DNA of 48,440 nt from Candidatus Parcubacteria bacterium (GTDB lineage: Bacteria; Patescibacteriota; Patescibacteriia; Magasanikbacterales; UBA922), in the NCBI GenBank assembly GCA_002869205.1, contig PKTJ01000023.1:1-48440 (forward strand), read 5' to 3'. The notes below the pieces were generated by a model. That model saw nothing but the letters and a program-made list of their open reading frames with translations. It searched no databases and had not been told where the DNA came from. The position numbers and the translations under genes are program-made. This document shows, piece by piece, positions 9,020 through 18,865 of the stretch. Position 1 is the first letter of the stretch; the number at the start of each line of letters is the position of its first letter.

Positions 9020-9607
9020 ATGTCTCGAGAAGTGATACTCGACATCGAAACCATTGGAGATATTCGAAATTTTGATAGTTTACAAATTACCGTTGTTTCT
9101 ATTTATGAATATGAAACAGATACATACAGATCTTTTTACGAAGAAGAACTTGGAGATTTGTGGCCAATACTCGAAAAATCAGAACGTCTCATAGGATTTA
9201 ATAGTGAACACTTCGATCTTCCTATCATGAATCGATACTATACAGGTGACTTACTTGGTTTCCCGCACCTCGATCTCCTCAAAGTTGTAAAGGAATCAAC
9301 GGGGAAACGATACAAGCTCGATGATCTTGCAAAAGCAACACTTGATAATGTATCAAAGAGTGCGAGCGGTCTTGAAGCGATAGAATGGTGGAAAGAAGGA
9401 CGCAAAGAAGATGTAAAAAAATATTGTGAACAAGATGTGAAGGTGACAAAAGAAGTGTATGAATATGGAAAGAAAAATCAGATGTTATATTTCCCAACAC
9501 TTACTGGAGAGATCCAACCGTTTGGTGTGAACTTTGATCCGCCACCAGAACCAATGAACGCGAGTGGTGAAGAGAGTGGGGGAATTAATATGACATTACC
9601 ACTTTAA
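9020..9607 (+). CDS. RNase H-like / DEDD exonuclease domain protein (YprB-like)
   Basis: LDIET, GFN..FD, HLDL and YC.QDV motifs. Confidence 0.85.
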   Translation: MSREVILDIETIGDIRNFDSLQITVVSIYEYETDTYRSFYEEELGDLWPILEKSERLIGFNSEHFDLPIMNRYYTGDLLGFPHLDLLKVVKESTGKRYKLDDLAKATLDNVSKSASGLEAIEWWKEGRKEDVKKYCEQDVKVTKEVYEYGKKNQMLYFPTLTGEIQPFGVNFDPPPEPMNASGEESGGINMTLPL

Positions 9608-9722
9608 GTTGGTTAGTTTGTAAGTTTACTAGTTTTTATATTAAAAAGACCTTGATATTATCCAAGGTCTTTTTTGTTTCTAATAACTTGTTAACTGACC
9701 AACTTGCAAACTTGCAAACTTA
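9605..9722. repeat. Inverted pair of degenerate 8-mer arrays around a bidirectional terminator
   Basis: TAAGTT(G/T)-type units on the left, AACTTG units on the right, AAAAAGACCTTG...CAAGGTCTTTTT in the middle. Confidence 0.6.
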
Positions 9723-10403
9723 TTAAAATACCTCAAAATGTATGTCTTTCACATCTTTTCCATTATCAATCAAAATCTTTCTTACGTCTGTCACCATAGC
9801 AGGGGATCCGCAGAGGTAGAAATCAGAGTTACTTACTTCTTCTGGAATATGAGCCGAGACACGACCACCTAAACCTTTCCAAGAATCTTCTGGTTTTGAA
9901 AGTGTAATATCGTAGGTAAAGTTGTTGTGATTTTGAGCAAGGTTTTTTAAACGTTCTTGCCAAAAAATATCTGTCTCATGTTGTACACCAAAGAGAAGGT
10001 GGAGTTGTTTCTCAGAACCTTTTTTAAGTTCATTTTCAATCATTGACATGATTGGTGCAAGTCCTGCGCCTGTGGCAATAAAAAAGAGATCGTTGTTTGT
10101 ATTTTGGACAATAAATTTTCCATTTGCTTTTTTAAATTTGATTTCATCTCCTTCTCTACATGTTTTGAAAACATTTGAACCAAGGCCATTATCCAGAAGT
10201 TTGACACACAGTCCAATGTGGTCTTTGTCTGGAGTAGAGGAGATCGAATATGAGCGCAAGACTTCTTTACCATCTTGTTCAATAACGACCTGAATAAATT
10301 GCCCAGCATCAAATGTGAAGTCTTGAGGTTTTTCAATTTTAAGTTCCAAAACATTGTGGGTGAGCTCTGTTTTTTGTGTAATTTTAGATTTAAATGTATC
10401 CAT
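9723..10403 (-). CDS. Ferredoxin-NADP reductase-family FAD/NAD(P) oxidoreductase
   Basis: AGQF, RSYSISS, IATGAGLAP, YLCGSP.MV and terminal FEVF motifs. Confidence 0.9.
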   Translation of the reverse strand: MDTFKSKITQKTELTHNVLELKIEKPQDFTFDAGQFIQVVIEQDGKEVLRSYSISSTPDKDHIGLCVKLLDNGLGSNVFKTCREGDEIKFKKANGKFIVQNTNNDLFFIATGAGLAPIMSMIENELKKGSEKQLHLLFGVQHETDIFWQERLKNLAQNHNNFTYDITLSKPEDSWKGLGGRVSAHIPEEVSNSDFYLCGSPAMVTDVRKILIDNGKDVKDIHFEVF

Positions 10404-10412
10404 AGTGATTAT

Positions 10413-10441
10413 TTGACAGAAAGAGTAAAATAATATATCAT
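10413..10441 (+). promoter_or_regulatory. Sigma70 promoter of the Rrf2-isc operon
   Basis: TTGACA-17 nt-TATCAT. Confidence 0.6.
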
Positions 10442-10472
10442 ACTTCGCAAGTATACATTAATATATCACTTT

Positions 10473-10868
10473 ATGATTCACATGAGTAAACAAGTAGATT
10501 ATGCTATGCAACTACTTATTGCCTTGTCAAAGTTGGACAAAGAAACTTTTTTAAGTCTCCGTACCTTCTCTCAAGAGAGTAACATATCTTTTTTGTTTTT
10601 GCAAAGAATTGCACGTGCACTCAAGGAGGCGGGAATGGTAGACGCAGCACGTGGTGTACATGGCGGCTACTTTATGACACGTGATGCAAAAGGTATCAAT
10701 GTAAAAGAAGTGATTGAAACTGTCGATGGACCGTTTGGTATTACTTCGTGTACACGAGGCAAGCTTTGTCCGAGAAAAGGTAAGTGTACGAGTAAAAAAT
10801 TATTTGATAGTATCAATGTTAAAATCGAAAAAATTCTTACCCAGACACCAATTCTAGAAGTAAAATAA
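10473..10868 (+). CDS. Rrf2 family transcriptional regulator (IscR-like)
   Basis: DYA, RG.HGGY wHTH motifs and three C-terminal Cys; directly upstream of iscS. Confidence 0.88.
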   Translation: MIHMSKQVDYAMQLLIALSKLDKETFLSLRTFSQESNISFLFLQRIARALKEAGMVDAARGVHGGYFMTRDAKGINVKEVIETVDGPFGITSCTRGKLCPRKGKCTSKKLFDSINVKIEKILTQTPILEVK

Positions 10869-10869
10869 T

Positions 10870-12126
10870 ATGGTATTTCCTCAGAAACCAGAAGAAAAAA
10901 AATTGGTGTACCTGGATCACGCAGCAACAACTCCTACAGATGAGCGTGTAGTCGAAGCAATGCAACCATATTTCACTGAAAAGTTTGCAAATCCTTCGGG
11001 TCTTTATGCAATTGGTAGGGATGTGAATGGTGCTCTCAATGATGCACGTCGTAGTATTGCTCAATCACTCCACGCACTCCCAGACACCATCATCTTTACT
11101 GGTGGTGGTACTGAGTCAGACAATATGGCTATCTTTGGTGTAGCGCGAAAATACATAGACAAAGGCAAACATATTATTACCACAACGATTGAACATCATG
11201 CCGTTTTGCATTCATGTGAACAGCTTGAAAAAGAAGGGTTTGACGTGACGTATTTAGAACCAGATTCACAAGGATTTATTTCTCCAAAAAAAGTTACAGC
11301 AGCTCTACGAGAAGATACAATACTCGTGTCTATTATGTATGCGAATAACGAAGTGGGCACTATTGAGCCTATTGATGATATTGGAAGAGAAATTCTTAAA
11401 TGGAGAAAGAAGCACGCTACCAAATTTCCTTTTTTTCACACTGATGCGTGTCAAGCTCCTGGCGCATGTGAACTTGATGTTGAAAAGTTACATACTGATT
11501 TGTTGACACTCAACGGCAGTAAGATTTATGGACCAAAGGGTGTGGGGATTTTGTATAAACGTCGCAATGTTCAATTACAACCAATTATTTTTGGTGGCGG
11601 ACAAGAGATGCGTTTGCGTAGTGGTACCGAAAATGTTCCAGGTATTGTAGGGCTTGCAAAAGCATTGCAGCTTGCGCAAGAAAATAGCCAAGATGAAAAT
11701 ATGCGTCTTATTGATTTGCGAAATTATTTTTGGGATAGACTGGAAAAAGAAATACCAAAAGTCAGACTCAATGGTGCTGACTTGGGGTTGACACGATTGC
11801 CAAACAATTTGAATATATCAATTTTGGATATCGAAGGAGAAGCATTACTCTTGTATCTAGATGAATATGGAATTGTTTGTTCAACAGGGTCTGCATGTAC
11901 CTCAGACTCGCTCGATCCATCACACGTCTTGCTTGCGATGGGAATGCCGTATGAATATGCACACGGAAGTTTACGTTTTACCTTAGGTAAAACTACCACA
12001 AAAGAAGATGTAGATTATGTCATGACTTATTTGCCAGGAATTGTAGAAAAGCTTCGTCAAATTTCTCCTGTAAATCTGACACAAAATCCAAAAGAAAATA
12101 CTCATCCAAAGTATCATCAACGATAG
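10870..12126 (+). CDS. iscS: Cysteine desulfurase IscS/NifS
   Basis: YLDHAATTP, ANNEVG, HTDACQ, KIYGPKG, STGSAC catalytic motif. Confidence 0.95.
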   Translation: MVFPQKPEEKKLVYLDHAATTPTDERVVEAMQPYFTEKFANPSGLYAIGRDVNGALNDARRSIAQSLHALPDTIIFTGGGTESDNMAIFGVARKYIDKGKHIITTTIEHHAVLHSCEQLEKEGFDVTYLEPDSQGFISPKKVTAALREDTILVSIMYANNEVGTIEPIDDIGREILKWRKKHATKFPFFHTDACQAPGACELDVEKLHTDLLTLNGSKIYGPKGVGILYKRRNVQLQPIIFGGGQEMRLRSGTENVPGIVGLAKALQLAQENSQDENMRLIDLRNYFWDRLEKEIPKVRLNGADLGLTRLPNNLNISILDIEGEALLLYLDEYGIVCSTGSACTSDSLDPSHVLLAMGMPYEYAHGSLRFTLGKTTTKEDVDYVMTYLPGIVEKLRQISPVNLTQNPKENTHPKYHQR

Positions 12127-12128
12127 AA

Positions 12129-12232
12129 ACTATCCTGATATCCTGATAATCCAGATTTTCCGGATACAATATCCGTAAATCTGGATTATTCCCGTAGATG
12201 AATGCCCTAGGGGTATCTGGAAATCCGTATCT
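12129..12232. repeat. ~104-bp palindromic repeat, copy A
   Basis: Near-identical reverse complement of 17026-17128. Confidence 0.85.
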
Positions 12233-12245
12233 AAATTATAGTAGT

Positions 12246-12911
12246 ATGAATAAGTCTAAAGGAGCATCCATTAGAGATAATCAAGGTAACTCTTGGTTGT
12301 ATTCTGATACAGTAAAAGAACACTTTTTTAATCCAAAAAATATTTTGTTTGCTGGCGAAGAAGAGGATTATCATGCTGATGCAATGGGAAGAGTTGGTTC
12401 TCCTGCATGTGGAGATGAGATGGTGTTGTGGCTCAAAATTGACAAAGATAGTGAACGTATTACTGAATGCAAATGGCAAACATTTGGGTGTGGTAGTGCT
12501 ATTGCATCCACCTCTATGCTTTCTGTCATGCTTTCAGAAAATGGTGGTATGACACTCGTTGAAGCACTCAATGTAAAACCGCAAGATATTATGGAGCGTC
12601 TGGGTGGTTTGCCAAATCGCAAAATTCACTGTTCGGTACTTGGTGACAAGGCATTACAGTCTGCAATCAATGATTGGTTTCGCAAGATGGGACAACACGA
12701 CCGCGTAGTTACTCAAGGTACAAAAATTATTGATGAAGCATTGAATATTACTGATCATGATATAGAAGAAGCGGTGCTTGAAGGTGCTCAGACACTCGAA
12801 GATGTGCAGAAAAAATTGAAAGTCGGTGCAGCAAGCCCAGAATCTGTCCCAGAAATTGAACAACTTATTAGATTTTATAGTGAAAAATATTATGGAGAAA
12901 CCTTTATCTAA
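12246..12911 (+). CDS. iscU: Fe-S scaffold IscU/NifU with C-terminal BFD-like domain
   Basis: HFFNPKN, PACGD, TFGCGSAIAS, KIHCS; start moved to 12246 because the upstream ATG lies inside repeat copy A. Confidence 0.9.
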   Translation: MNKSKGASIRDNQGNSWLYSDTVKEHFFNPKNILFAGEEEDYHADAMGRVGSPACGDEMVLWLKIDKDSERITECKWQTFGCGSAIASTSMLSVMLSENGGMTLVEALNVKPQDIMERLGGLPNRKIHCSVLGDKALQSAINDWFRKMGQHDRVVTQGTKIIDEALNITDHDIEEAVLEGAQTLEDVQKKLKVGAASPESVPEIEQLIRFYSEKYYGETFI

Positions 12912-13335
12912 ATCCCGAACGTATGTGAGGGATCTTTCTTAAAGAAAAATGTCTTATGTACAATATGTGGGGAAAACTAATTATTACGTTTATATTTTAG
13001 CCAGTCTTAGTGGTGTTATTTATGTAGGTTTTACTGATTGTCTTGTAAAGCGTATAAAACAACATAAAAATGGATTTTACAAGAATGCATTTACGAAAAA
13101 ATATAATGTGCATAAGCTTGTATATTGGGAGCATTTTTTTCAAGGCAAGATGCACTTGATAGAGAACGACAAATAAAGTCATATAATCGAAATAAAAAAA
13201 TTAATTTAATTGAAAAAGAGAATAAACATTGGAATGATCTTTATCCTTTCATTATAGAATTGTCTAAGAGGCGTCCAATAATTTAGTTAATTAGCTATGT
13301 CATCATCAGGAAAGATTCCTCGCTCTGCTCGGAAT
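12912..13335 (+). mobile_element. GIY-YIG element 1 with imperfect terminal inverted repeats
   Basis: Left arm ATCCCGAACGTATGTGAGGGATCTTTC (12912-12938), right arm GAAAGATTCCTCGCTCTGCTCGGAAT (13310-13335). Confidence 0.65.
12949..13286 (+). pseudogene. GIY-YIG nuclease, frameshifted at a T7 run
   Basis: YYVYIL...IYVGFT..L.KR..QH, FTKKY; homology continues in the -1 frame after 13134-13140 (ALDRERQIK...LIEKENKHWNDL) to TAG at 13286. Confidence 0.8.
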
Positions 13336-13605
13336 ATTAAAATAGAAGTTTGTTGTGGAGGGAACTGTCTTGGTAGAGGTTCTCAAAAAGTACTTGATAC
13401 CTTGGAAAAAGAATTTGAAAGTGCACAGATGTGTGGATGTCTAGGAAATTGTGGTAAGGGTCCAAATGTTTTGGTTGACGAGAAAAAAATTTTGCACTAT
13501 AGTAATGAACATACAGTAGTTGAACGTGTTAAAAATAAAGAAGGGGAAATGTTTAAACGTTTTAATGAAGAAGAATTAACTGATGATTTTTTAAACGATA
13601 TATAA
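13297..13605 (+). CDS. Thioredoxin-like [2Fe-2S] ferredoxin
   Basis: C...C..RGS and CLGNCGKGP motifs. Confidence 0.8.
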   Translation: MSSSGKIPRSARNIKIEVCCGGNCLGRGSQKVLDTLEKEFESAQMCGCLGNCGKGPNVLVDEKKILHYSNEHTVVERVKNKEGEMFKRFNEEELTDDFLNDI

Positions 13606-13607
13606 TT

Positions 13608-13901
13608 ATGTCAGATCAAGAACCAAAATTACCAGACAATCTTCCCGAAGATATTTCAATGAAAATAAAAAAAGGTGGAAAGATCCGTCGTATTGTGGTG
13701 GATAGGGAAGCATGTATTGGTGCACAGTCGTGTGTGGTAGTAGCACCAGGTGTGTTTCAGATGGATGATGAGAATCTGGCATATGTGACTGATCCAGACA
13801 GTACTGAGGACGATATGATCATGCTTGCGGCACAATCGTGTCCAGTGCTGTGTGTGCATCTCTACGATGAGAACGGAAAACAGATTTTTCCAGAAGAGTA
13901 G
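13608..13901 (+). CDS. Single-cluster ferredoxin, probably [3Fe-4S]
   Basis: CIGAQSC (second Cys replaced by Ala) and AAQSCP. Confidence 0.85.
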   Translation: MSDQEPKLPDNLPEDISMKIKKGGKIRRIVVDREACIGAQSCVVVAPGVFQMDDENLAYVTDPDSTEDDMIMLAAQSCPVLCVHLYDENGKQIFPEE

Positions 13902-13997
13902 GGTCGTGTAACAATTTTAAAACAAAAAACAGTCTGTTTGCAGGCTGTTTTTTATTATGATAAGATGGTGAAGATCTTAATCGCCAAAGAGGAGAAG

Positions 13998-14213
13998 ATG
14001 CCCGTAAACTACACCAGTTTCGGGAAAACCAGGTTCTGTCCTGGTTGTCAGGAGAACAAAACGGTCGAGACAGGTCTTGATACGAGAAGTGGCGAATACG
14101 TCCACAGATGTATCAAGGGTTCCTGTGAGTGTGAGTTTGTGGTCCGAGATGGACAGTCGGTCCGTTGGACCGAGCTCGCGCTTGTAGCGGACGAAACTCC
14201 CGACGCCACCTAG
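13998..14213 (+). CDS. GC-rich small zinc-ribbon-like orphan protein (71 aa)
   Basis: AGGAG before ATG 13998; CPGC...C....C; TTGCAG-17-TAAGAT promoter at 13938-13966. Confidence 0.6.
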   Translation: MPVNYTSFGKTRFCPGCQENKTVETGLDTRSGEYVHRCIKGSCECEFVVRDGQSVRWTELALVADETPDAT

Positions 14214-14344
14214 GCGTCGTGACGTCACCGCGTCGACCAGATCGCAGCCCCTCGACGTCCGGAAACGTCGAGGGCATTCTCACAAATTAAAACAGCCTTG
14301 TTTATCACAGGCTGTTTTTTATTGAGATATAATAAATCGCGTCT

Positions 14345-16987
14345 TTACGTTATTTTTATTTTATTTTTTACCACATCAACTTTTGCATTATCTCCTTCAT
14401 CAATTTTCTTTTCAATGATCTGCATGGCAAGTGGGTCGAGTAGTTCTGTTTGAATGACACGTTTGAGTGGTCGTGCACCGAGATTTTCATCGTACCCTTT
14501 TTCTGCTAGCCAATCTTTTGCTTTTTTTGTAATCTCTAATTTTATTTTTTGTTCCTCAAGTCGTCTTGTTACCAATTCGAGTTGCAAGTCGACGATTGAT
14601 CTAATTTGTTCTTTTTCAAGTGTGTGGAATATGATTATTTCATCCACGCGGTTTAGAAATTCTGGTTTGAAGTGCTCACGAAGTTGATCCATAACACGAT
14701 CATTTATTTTTTCTTCTTTTTGTTTTGTTCCTTTCTTGCCACTGGTCTTGGCTTCAAACCCGAAGTCACCTTTGCGTCCGAGAGACACAATAAGTTCACT
14801 TGCAATGTTACTTGTCATGATAATGACCGTATTTTTAAAGTTGACTTTACGGCCCTTGGCATCTGTTAAATGTCCGTCTTCGAGAATTTGTAACATTACA
14901 TTGAACACATCGGGATGAGCCTTTTCTATCTCATCAAACAGAAGTACTGAGTATGGTTTGCGTCGAACCATTTCGGTAAGTTGCCCACCTTCGTCAAACC
15001 CAACATACCCAGGAGGGGAGCCAATCATTTTACTCACTGTATGTTTTTCCATATACTCACTCATGTCTACACGGATGAGAGAGTCTTCGTCATTAAATAG
15101 AAATTCTGCTAGAGTTTTTGCGAGTTCAGTTTTTCCTACACCAGTGGGCCCCATAAATATGAATGATCCAATAGGGCGTTTTTCTTCTGAAATACCTGCG
15201 CGACTTCTACGTATTGCATTGGAAACAGAGGTGATTGCTTCTGATTGACCAATGACACGTTTCTTTAACTCATCTTCCATCTTGGCAAGCTTTATCACTT
15301 CATCCTGGAGCATCTTACTCACAGGAATACCTGTCCAACGCGCAACAACACCAGCAATATCTTCTTCAGTTACTTCTTCTTTGAGAATACTTGATTTCTT
15401 TTGTAGGTCAGCAAGTTTTTCTTCGTATTTTTTTATCGCTTCTTCAATCATAGGAATTTTTCCATAGCGAAGTTCAGCCACCTTTTGGAGGTCACCTTTA
15501 CGTTCTTCTATTTCTGCTTCTTGTTTGAGCTTGTCAATTTGTTTTTTATTATCTCTAATTTTGGTGATGATTTCTTTTTCATTTTGCCATTTCATTTCAA
15601 TTTCTTTGCTTTGATCTTTGATATTCGCAAGTTCTTCTTTTAATTTTTTCTGACGTTCTTTACTGTCAGCATCTTTTTCTTTGTGTAGTGCCTTGAGTTC
15701 AATCTCGATTTTCATCATCTGACGTTTCATCTTATCGAGATTGTCTGGCATTGAGTCAATTTGCATTTTGAGAGCACTGGCTGCTTCATCAATGAGATCA
15801 ATTGCTTTGTCTGGGAGAAATCTATCAGTAATATAACGATTTGATAAGTGAACAGCAGAGACAAGAGATGGGTCAGTGATGCGAACACCGTGGTGTACTT
15901 CGTATTTTTCTTTGATACCACGTAGAATCGCAATCGCATCTTCTTCAGTAGGTTCAGTTACAAGTACTGGCTGGAAACGACGTTCAAAAGCTGCATCTTT
16001 TTCAATATGTTTTTGATATTCTTTGAGTGTGGTTGCACCAACCATATGCAGTTCGCCACGAGCAAGACCAGGTTTTAGCATGTTGCTTGCGTCCACCGCA
16101 CCTTCTGAACTACCCGCACCGACAATTGTGTGAAGTTCATCAATAAATAATATAATCTTGCCCTGTGCATCAGTAATCTCTTTGATCACTGCTTTGAAAC
16201 GCTCCTCAAACTCACCTCTAAACTTTGTTCCTGCAAGTAGGGAGCCAACATCAAGAGAAATAATTTCCTTATCTTTTAGATTTTCTGGTACATCTCCATT
16301 TACAATACGTTGCGCGAGCCCTTCTGCAATAGCAGTTTTACCAACACCTGGTTCACCAATAAGCACCGGATTATTTTTTGTGCGTCTCGTGAGCACTTGC
16401 ATCACACGACGGATTTCATCATCACGTCCAATCACTGGGTCGAGTTTTTCTTTTCGTGCACGTTCGGTTAAATTCAAACCATATTTTTCAAGCGCTTGAT
16501 ACGTACTTTCTGGAGTAGGGGAATCTACACGTTGAGTTCCACGAATGGTTTTGAGTACATTTAAAATATCGTCATACTGAACTTCCTGCCGTGAAAGTGC
16601 ATCGCTGACAGGATTTTTGTTTGTCATAAACGAGAGAAGCAGGTGTTCAACAGAAATAAAGTCATCCTTCATTTTTTTTGCTTCTTTGTCTGCGTTTTGT
16701 AATATATAGAGCATTGCTTGGCCGAGCATGACTTGTCCCATACCGCCAGCAGGCACCTGAGCCTGTTGTTTTGGTAGTTCATTTATCATGTTTTGGACAT
16801 CTTCTCGTAATTCTTCAATATTGGCACTTAATTTTTTAAAAATAGAAATCACCACACCCTCTTCTTGGTTGAGTAAGCTCAAAAACAGATGAGGTGGTTC
16901 AATCTGTGGTTGACCATTTTCATGGGCGAGTCCCTGAGCAGTCTGAATTGCTTCTTGGGATTTTTGTGTAAAGTTTTGAGGCATCAT
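14345..16987 (-). CDS. clpB: ATP-dependent chaperone ClpB
   Basis: Two AAA+ modules ([16 protein letters not shown]), long coiled-coil M domain, GARPLKR. Confidence 0.96.
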   Translation of the reverse strand: MMPQNFTQKSQEAIQTAQGLAHENGQPQIEPPHLFLSLLNQEEGVVISIFKKLSANIEELREDVQNMINELPKQQAQVPAGGMGQVMLGQAMLYILQNADKEAKKMKDDFISVEHLLLSFMTNKNPVSDALSRQEVQYDDILNVLKTIRGTQRVDSPTPESTYQALEKYGLNLTERARKEKLDPVIGRDDEIRRVMQVLTRRTKNNPVLIGEPGVGKTAIAEGLAQRIVNGDVPENLKDKEIISLDVGSLLAGTKFRGEFEERFKAVIKEITDAQGKIILFIDELHTIVGAGSSEGAVDASNMLKPGLARGELHMVGATTLKEYQKHIEKDAAFERRFQPVLVTEPTEEDAIAILRGIKEKYEVHHGVRITDPSLVSAVHLSNRYITDRFLPDKAIDLIDEAASALKMQIDSMPDNLDKMKRQMMKIEIELKALHKEKDADSKERQKKLKEELANIKDQSKEIEMKWQNEKEIITKIRDNKKQIDKLKQEAEIEERKGDLQKVAELRYGKIPMIEEAIKKYEEKLADLQKKSSILKEEVTEEDIAGVVARWTGIPVSKMLQDEVIKLAKMEDELKKRVIGQSEAITSVSNAIRRSRAGISEEKRPIGSFIFMGPTGVGKTELAKTLAEFLFNDEDSLIRVDMSEYMEKHTVSKMIGSPPGYVGFDEGGQLTEMVRRKPYSVLLFDEIEKAHPDVFNVMLQILEDGHLTDAKGRKVNFKNTVIIMTSNIASELIVSLGRKGDFGFEAKTSGKKGTKQKEEKINDRVMDQLREHFKPEFLNRVDEIIIFHTLEKEQIRSIVDLQLELVTRRLEEQKIKLEITKKAKDWLAEKGYDENLGARPLKRVIQTELLDPLAMQIIEKKIDEGDNAKVDVVKNKIKIT

Positions 16988-17025
16988 ACGTTTGTCTTTG
17001 TATAAAAAAATATTTTTGAATATTG

Positions 17026-17128
17026 AGATACGGATTTCCAGATACCCCTAGGGCATTCATCTACGGGAATAATCCAGATTTACGGATATTATATCCGTAA
17101 ATCTGGATTATCTGTATATCAGGATAGT
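17026..17128. repeat. ~104-bp palindromic repeat, copy B (in the clpB leader)
   Basis: Contains perfect 20-bp arms ATAATCCAGATTTACGGATA / TATCCGTAAATCTGGATTAT. Confidence 0.85.
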
Positions 17129-17146
17129 AAAAAAGAAGTAAGTTAT

Positions 17147-17173
17147 TTATCACTCTAATAACCCGAGTGATAA
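17147..17173. promoter_or_regulatory. CIRCE-like (HrcA) operator upstream of clpB
   Basis: TTATCACTC-N9-GAGTGATAA versus consensus TTAGCACTC-N9-GAGTGCTAA; abuts a TTGACA-16-TATAGT promoter on - (17175-17202). Confidence 0.8.
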
Positions 17174-17240
17174 TACTATAACATTCTGGTAATTTTTGTC
17201 AACATATGATAAAATTATACCATATTTAGCTAAAAAAAGT

Positions 17241-17798
17241 ATGAAACAGCGCATATTTATTGCCTTTCGTGTGGCTGAAGAAGTGAGAGAAGAGCTCAAG
17301 CGTGTTCAGGATGGTTTGAAGAGTAAGAATAAGAAAGCTCATGTCACGTGGTCCAAACCTCGTGGGTTTCATGTTACCGTGCAATTTATTGGAGAGATAG
17401 AGGAATATGAGGTCGAGCAGGTAAAGGACGCGCTTCTTCATATTGCAAATACACATCATGGTTTTAAATATTGGATTGATAGACTGGATGGATTTCCCAA
17501 TCCGGCTCATCCAAAAATTATTACGATGCGATGTGAAGAAGAAAATCGTGCTGGGTATGCAATCAACGAAGATTTTGTAAAAAAGTTAAAGGAATTAGAT
17601 CTTGTCCATGATGATAAGCCATGGAAACCACATATTACACTTGGGCGCAATCGTGGGGACGCAGGAATCCAAGGGTTTGATACGATTCAGTTTGAAAAAA
17701 AGGTATGGTATGTGGACACGATTGAGCTTATACGAAGTGATTCACAAGATGGTGGTGCCAAATATACGATACTAGAAAGTTATGAATTGAGTTCTTAA
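17241..17798 (+). CDS. thpR: RNA 2',3'-cyclic phosphodiesterase (2H family)
   Basis: RIFIA start, HVT and PHITLGR motifs. Confidence 0.9.
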   Translation: MKQRIFIAFRVAEEVREELKRVQDGLKSKNKKAHVTWSKPRGFHVTVQFIGEIEEYEVEQVKDALLHIANTHHGFKYWIDRLDGFPNPAHPKIITMRCEEENRAGYAINEDFVKKLKELDLVHDDKPWKPHITLGRNRGDAGIQGFDTIQFEKKVWYVDTIELIRSDSQDGGAKYTILESYELSS

Positions 17799-17872
17799 AG
17801 TTCATAAAGTTATAAAGTTTAAAATAATTTGACCAATAGGTTGCTTTATAAACTTTGTAACTTTCAAACTTT
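17795..17872. repeat. Inverted pair of TAAAGTT / AACTTT tandem arrays
   Basis: TAAAGTT x3 followed by (A)ACTTT units in the intergenic gap. Confidence 0.65.
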
Positions 17873-18628
17873 ATGAACCTACTCGGAGTTACATTAGATA
17901 ATTTCTCAAAGAAAGAGGTGTTGAAAAAAATCTCTACTTTTTTGGATTCAGATGGGCAATACAAGATTTTTACTCCCAATCCTGAAATGCTGGTAGATGT
18001 CCAAAAGGATTTTTATTTTAGAGAAGTATTGAATGAGGGAGACCTCAATATTGCCGATGGCTTTGGATTGAGCCTTGTCTCCTTTGGGAAAATTTCTCGG
18101 TTTCCTGGTGTGGATTTGATGAAAGAAATGCTTAGTATGGCTGAACAAAAAAAGCGTTCAGTATATTTTCTTGGGAGTGGCCGTGAAGAAATAATTAAAA
18201 ATTTAAAATCAAAAATTAAAAATCAGTTTCCTGACCTTACTATTATTGGGGCTCACCCTGGGTATGAAGTAGACACACTGAAAGTCGATGGTAAGGTAGA
18301 ACTTAGATTAGACAAAGAAAAAAACAATGAACTCATAGCAGATATCGCTATGCAGGCACCAGATATTTTGTTTGTCGCATTTGGGCACGGAAAACAAGAA
18401 AAGTGGATCCATGAATATTTAAGAGATTTACCAAGTGTAAAGATTGCTATGGGTGTTGGAGGATCGTTTGATTTTCTTTCAGAAAATAAAAAACGCGCTC
18501 CAAAGTGGATGCGTTATGTAGGACTTGAATGGTTGCATCGATTGATGAGAGAACCTCACCGTTTTAAGAGAATTTGGAAAGCTACGGCTGTGTTTTTAGG
18601 ACTTGTGTTATTCAAAAGAAGTTCTTAG
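17873..18628 (+). CDS. WecB/TagA/CpsF family glycosyltransferase
   Basis: TPNPE, ADG, KQEKWI, GVGGSFD, GLEWL.RL..EP.R motifs. Confidence 0.92.
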   Translation: MNLLGVTLDNFSKKEVLKKISTFLDSDGQYKIFTPNPEMLVDVQKDFYFREVLNEGDLNIADGFGLSLVSFGKISRFPGVDLMKEMLSMAEQKKRSVYFLGSGREEIIKNLKSKIKNQFPDLTIIGAHPGYEVDTLKVDGKVELRLDKEKNNELIADIAMQAPDILFVAFGHGKQEKWIHEYLRDLPSVKIAMGVGGSFDFLSENKKRAPKWMRYVGLEWLHRLMREPHRFKRIWKATAVFLGLVLFKRSS

Positions 18629-18661
18629 ACAAGTGAAGGCCCCGTCCTTTCCCGCCGGGGC

Positions 18662-18865
18662 TCATGGATCTTTTCGCGAACCAACGTCGATCTTGGTGAT
18701 AGAGCAGAGGAGTGCGTTCCAATTGGCGCCTCGGAGGCGCGGCCCGTCAATTCTAATATTGCTCGGATGAGCAGACACGGAAATACCGGGCGCTGTGATA
18801 TGGACACATTCTCCTGTCGATCGCGCTTGATCGAGTTTTCTCCTGATCTCGGCAAGTGAGACCAT
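18662..18865 (-). CDS. GC-rich small orphan protein (67 aa)
   Basis: GGAGAGGGG...AGGA before ATG 18865; TTGACG-17-TATAAT promoter at 18896-18924; GCCCCG/CGGGGC hairpin after the stop. Confidence 0.6.
   Translation of the reverse strand: MVSLAEIRRKLDQARSTGECVHITAPGISVSAHPSNIRIDGPRLRGANWNALLCSITKIDVGSRKDP

Noticed and set aside
12198..12245. N-terminal extension of IscU in the ORF track
   Set aside because: The ATG lies inside palindromic repeat copy A; 12246 is the more plausible start
14454..16499. Multiple plus-strand ORFs opposite clpB (and similar ones opposite other long genes)
   Set aside because: Antisense shadows of well-supported genes
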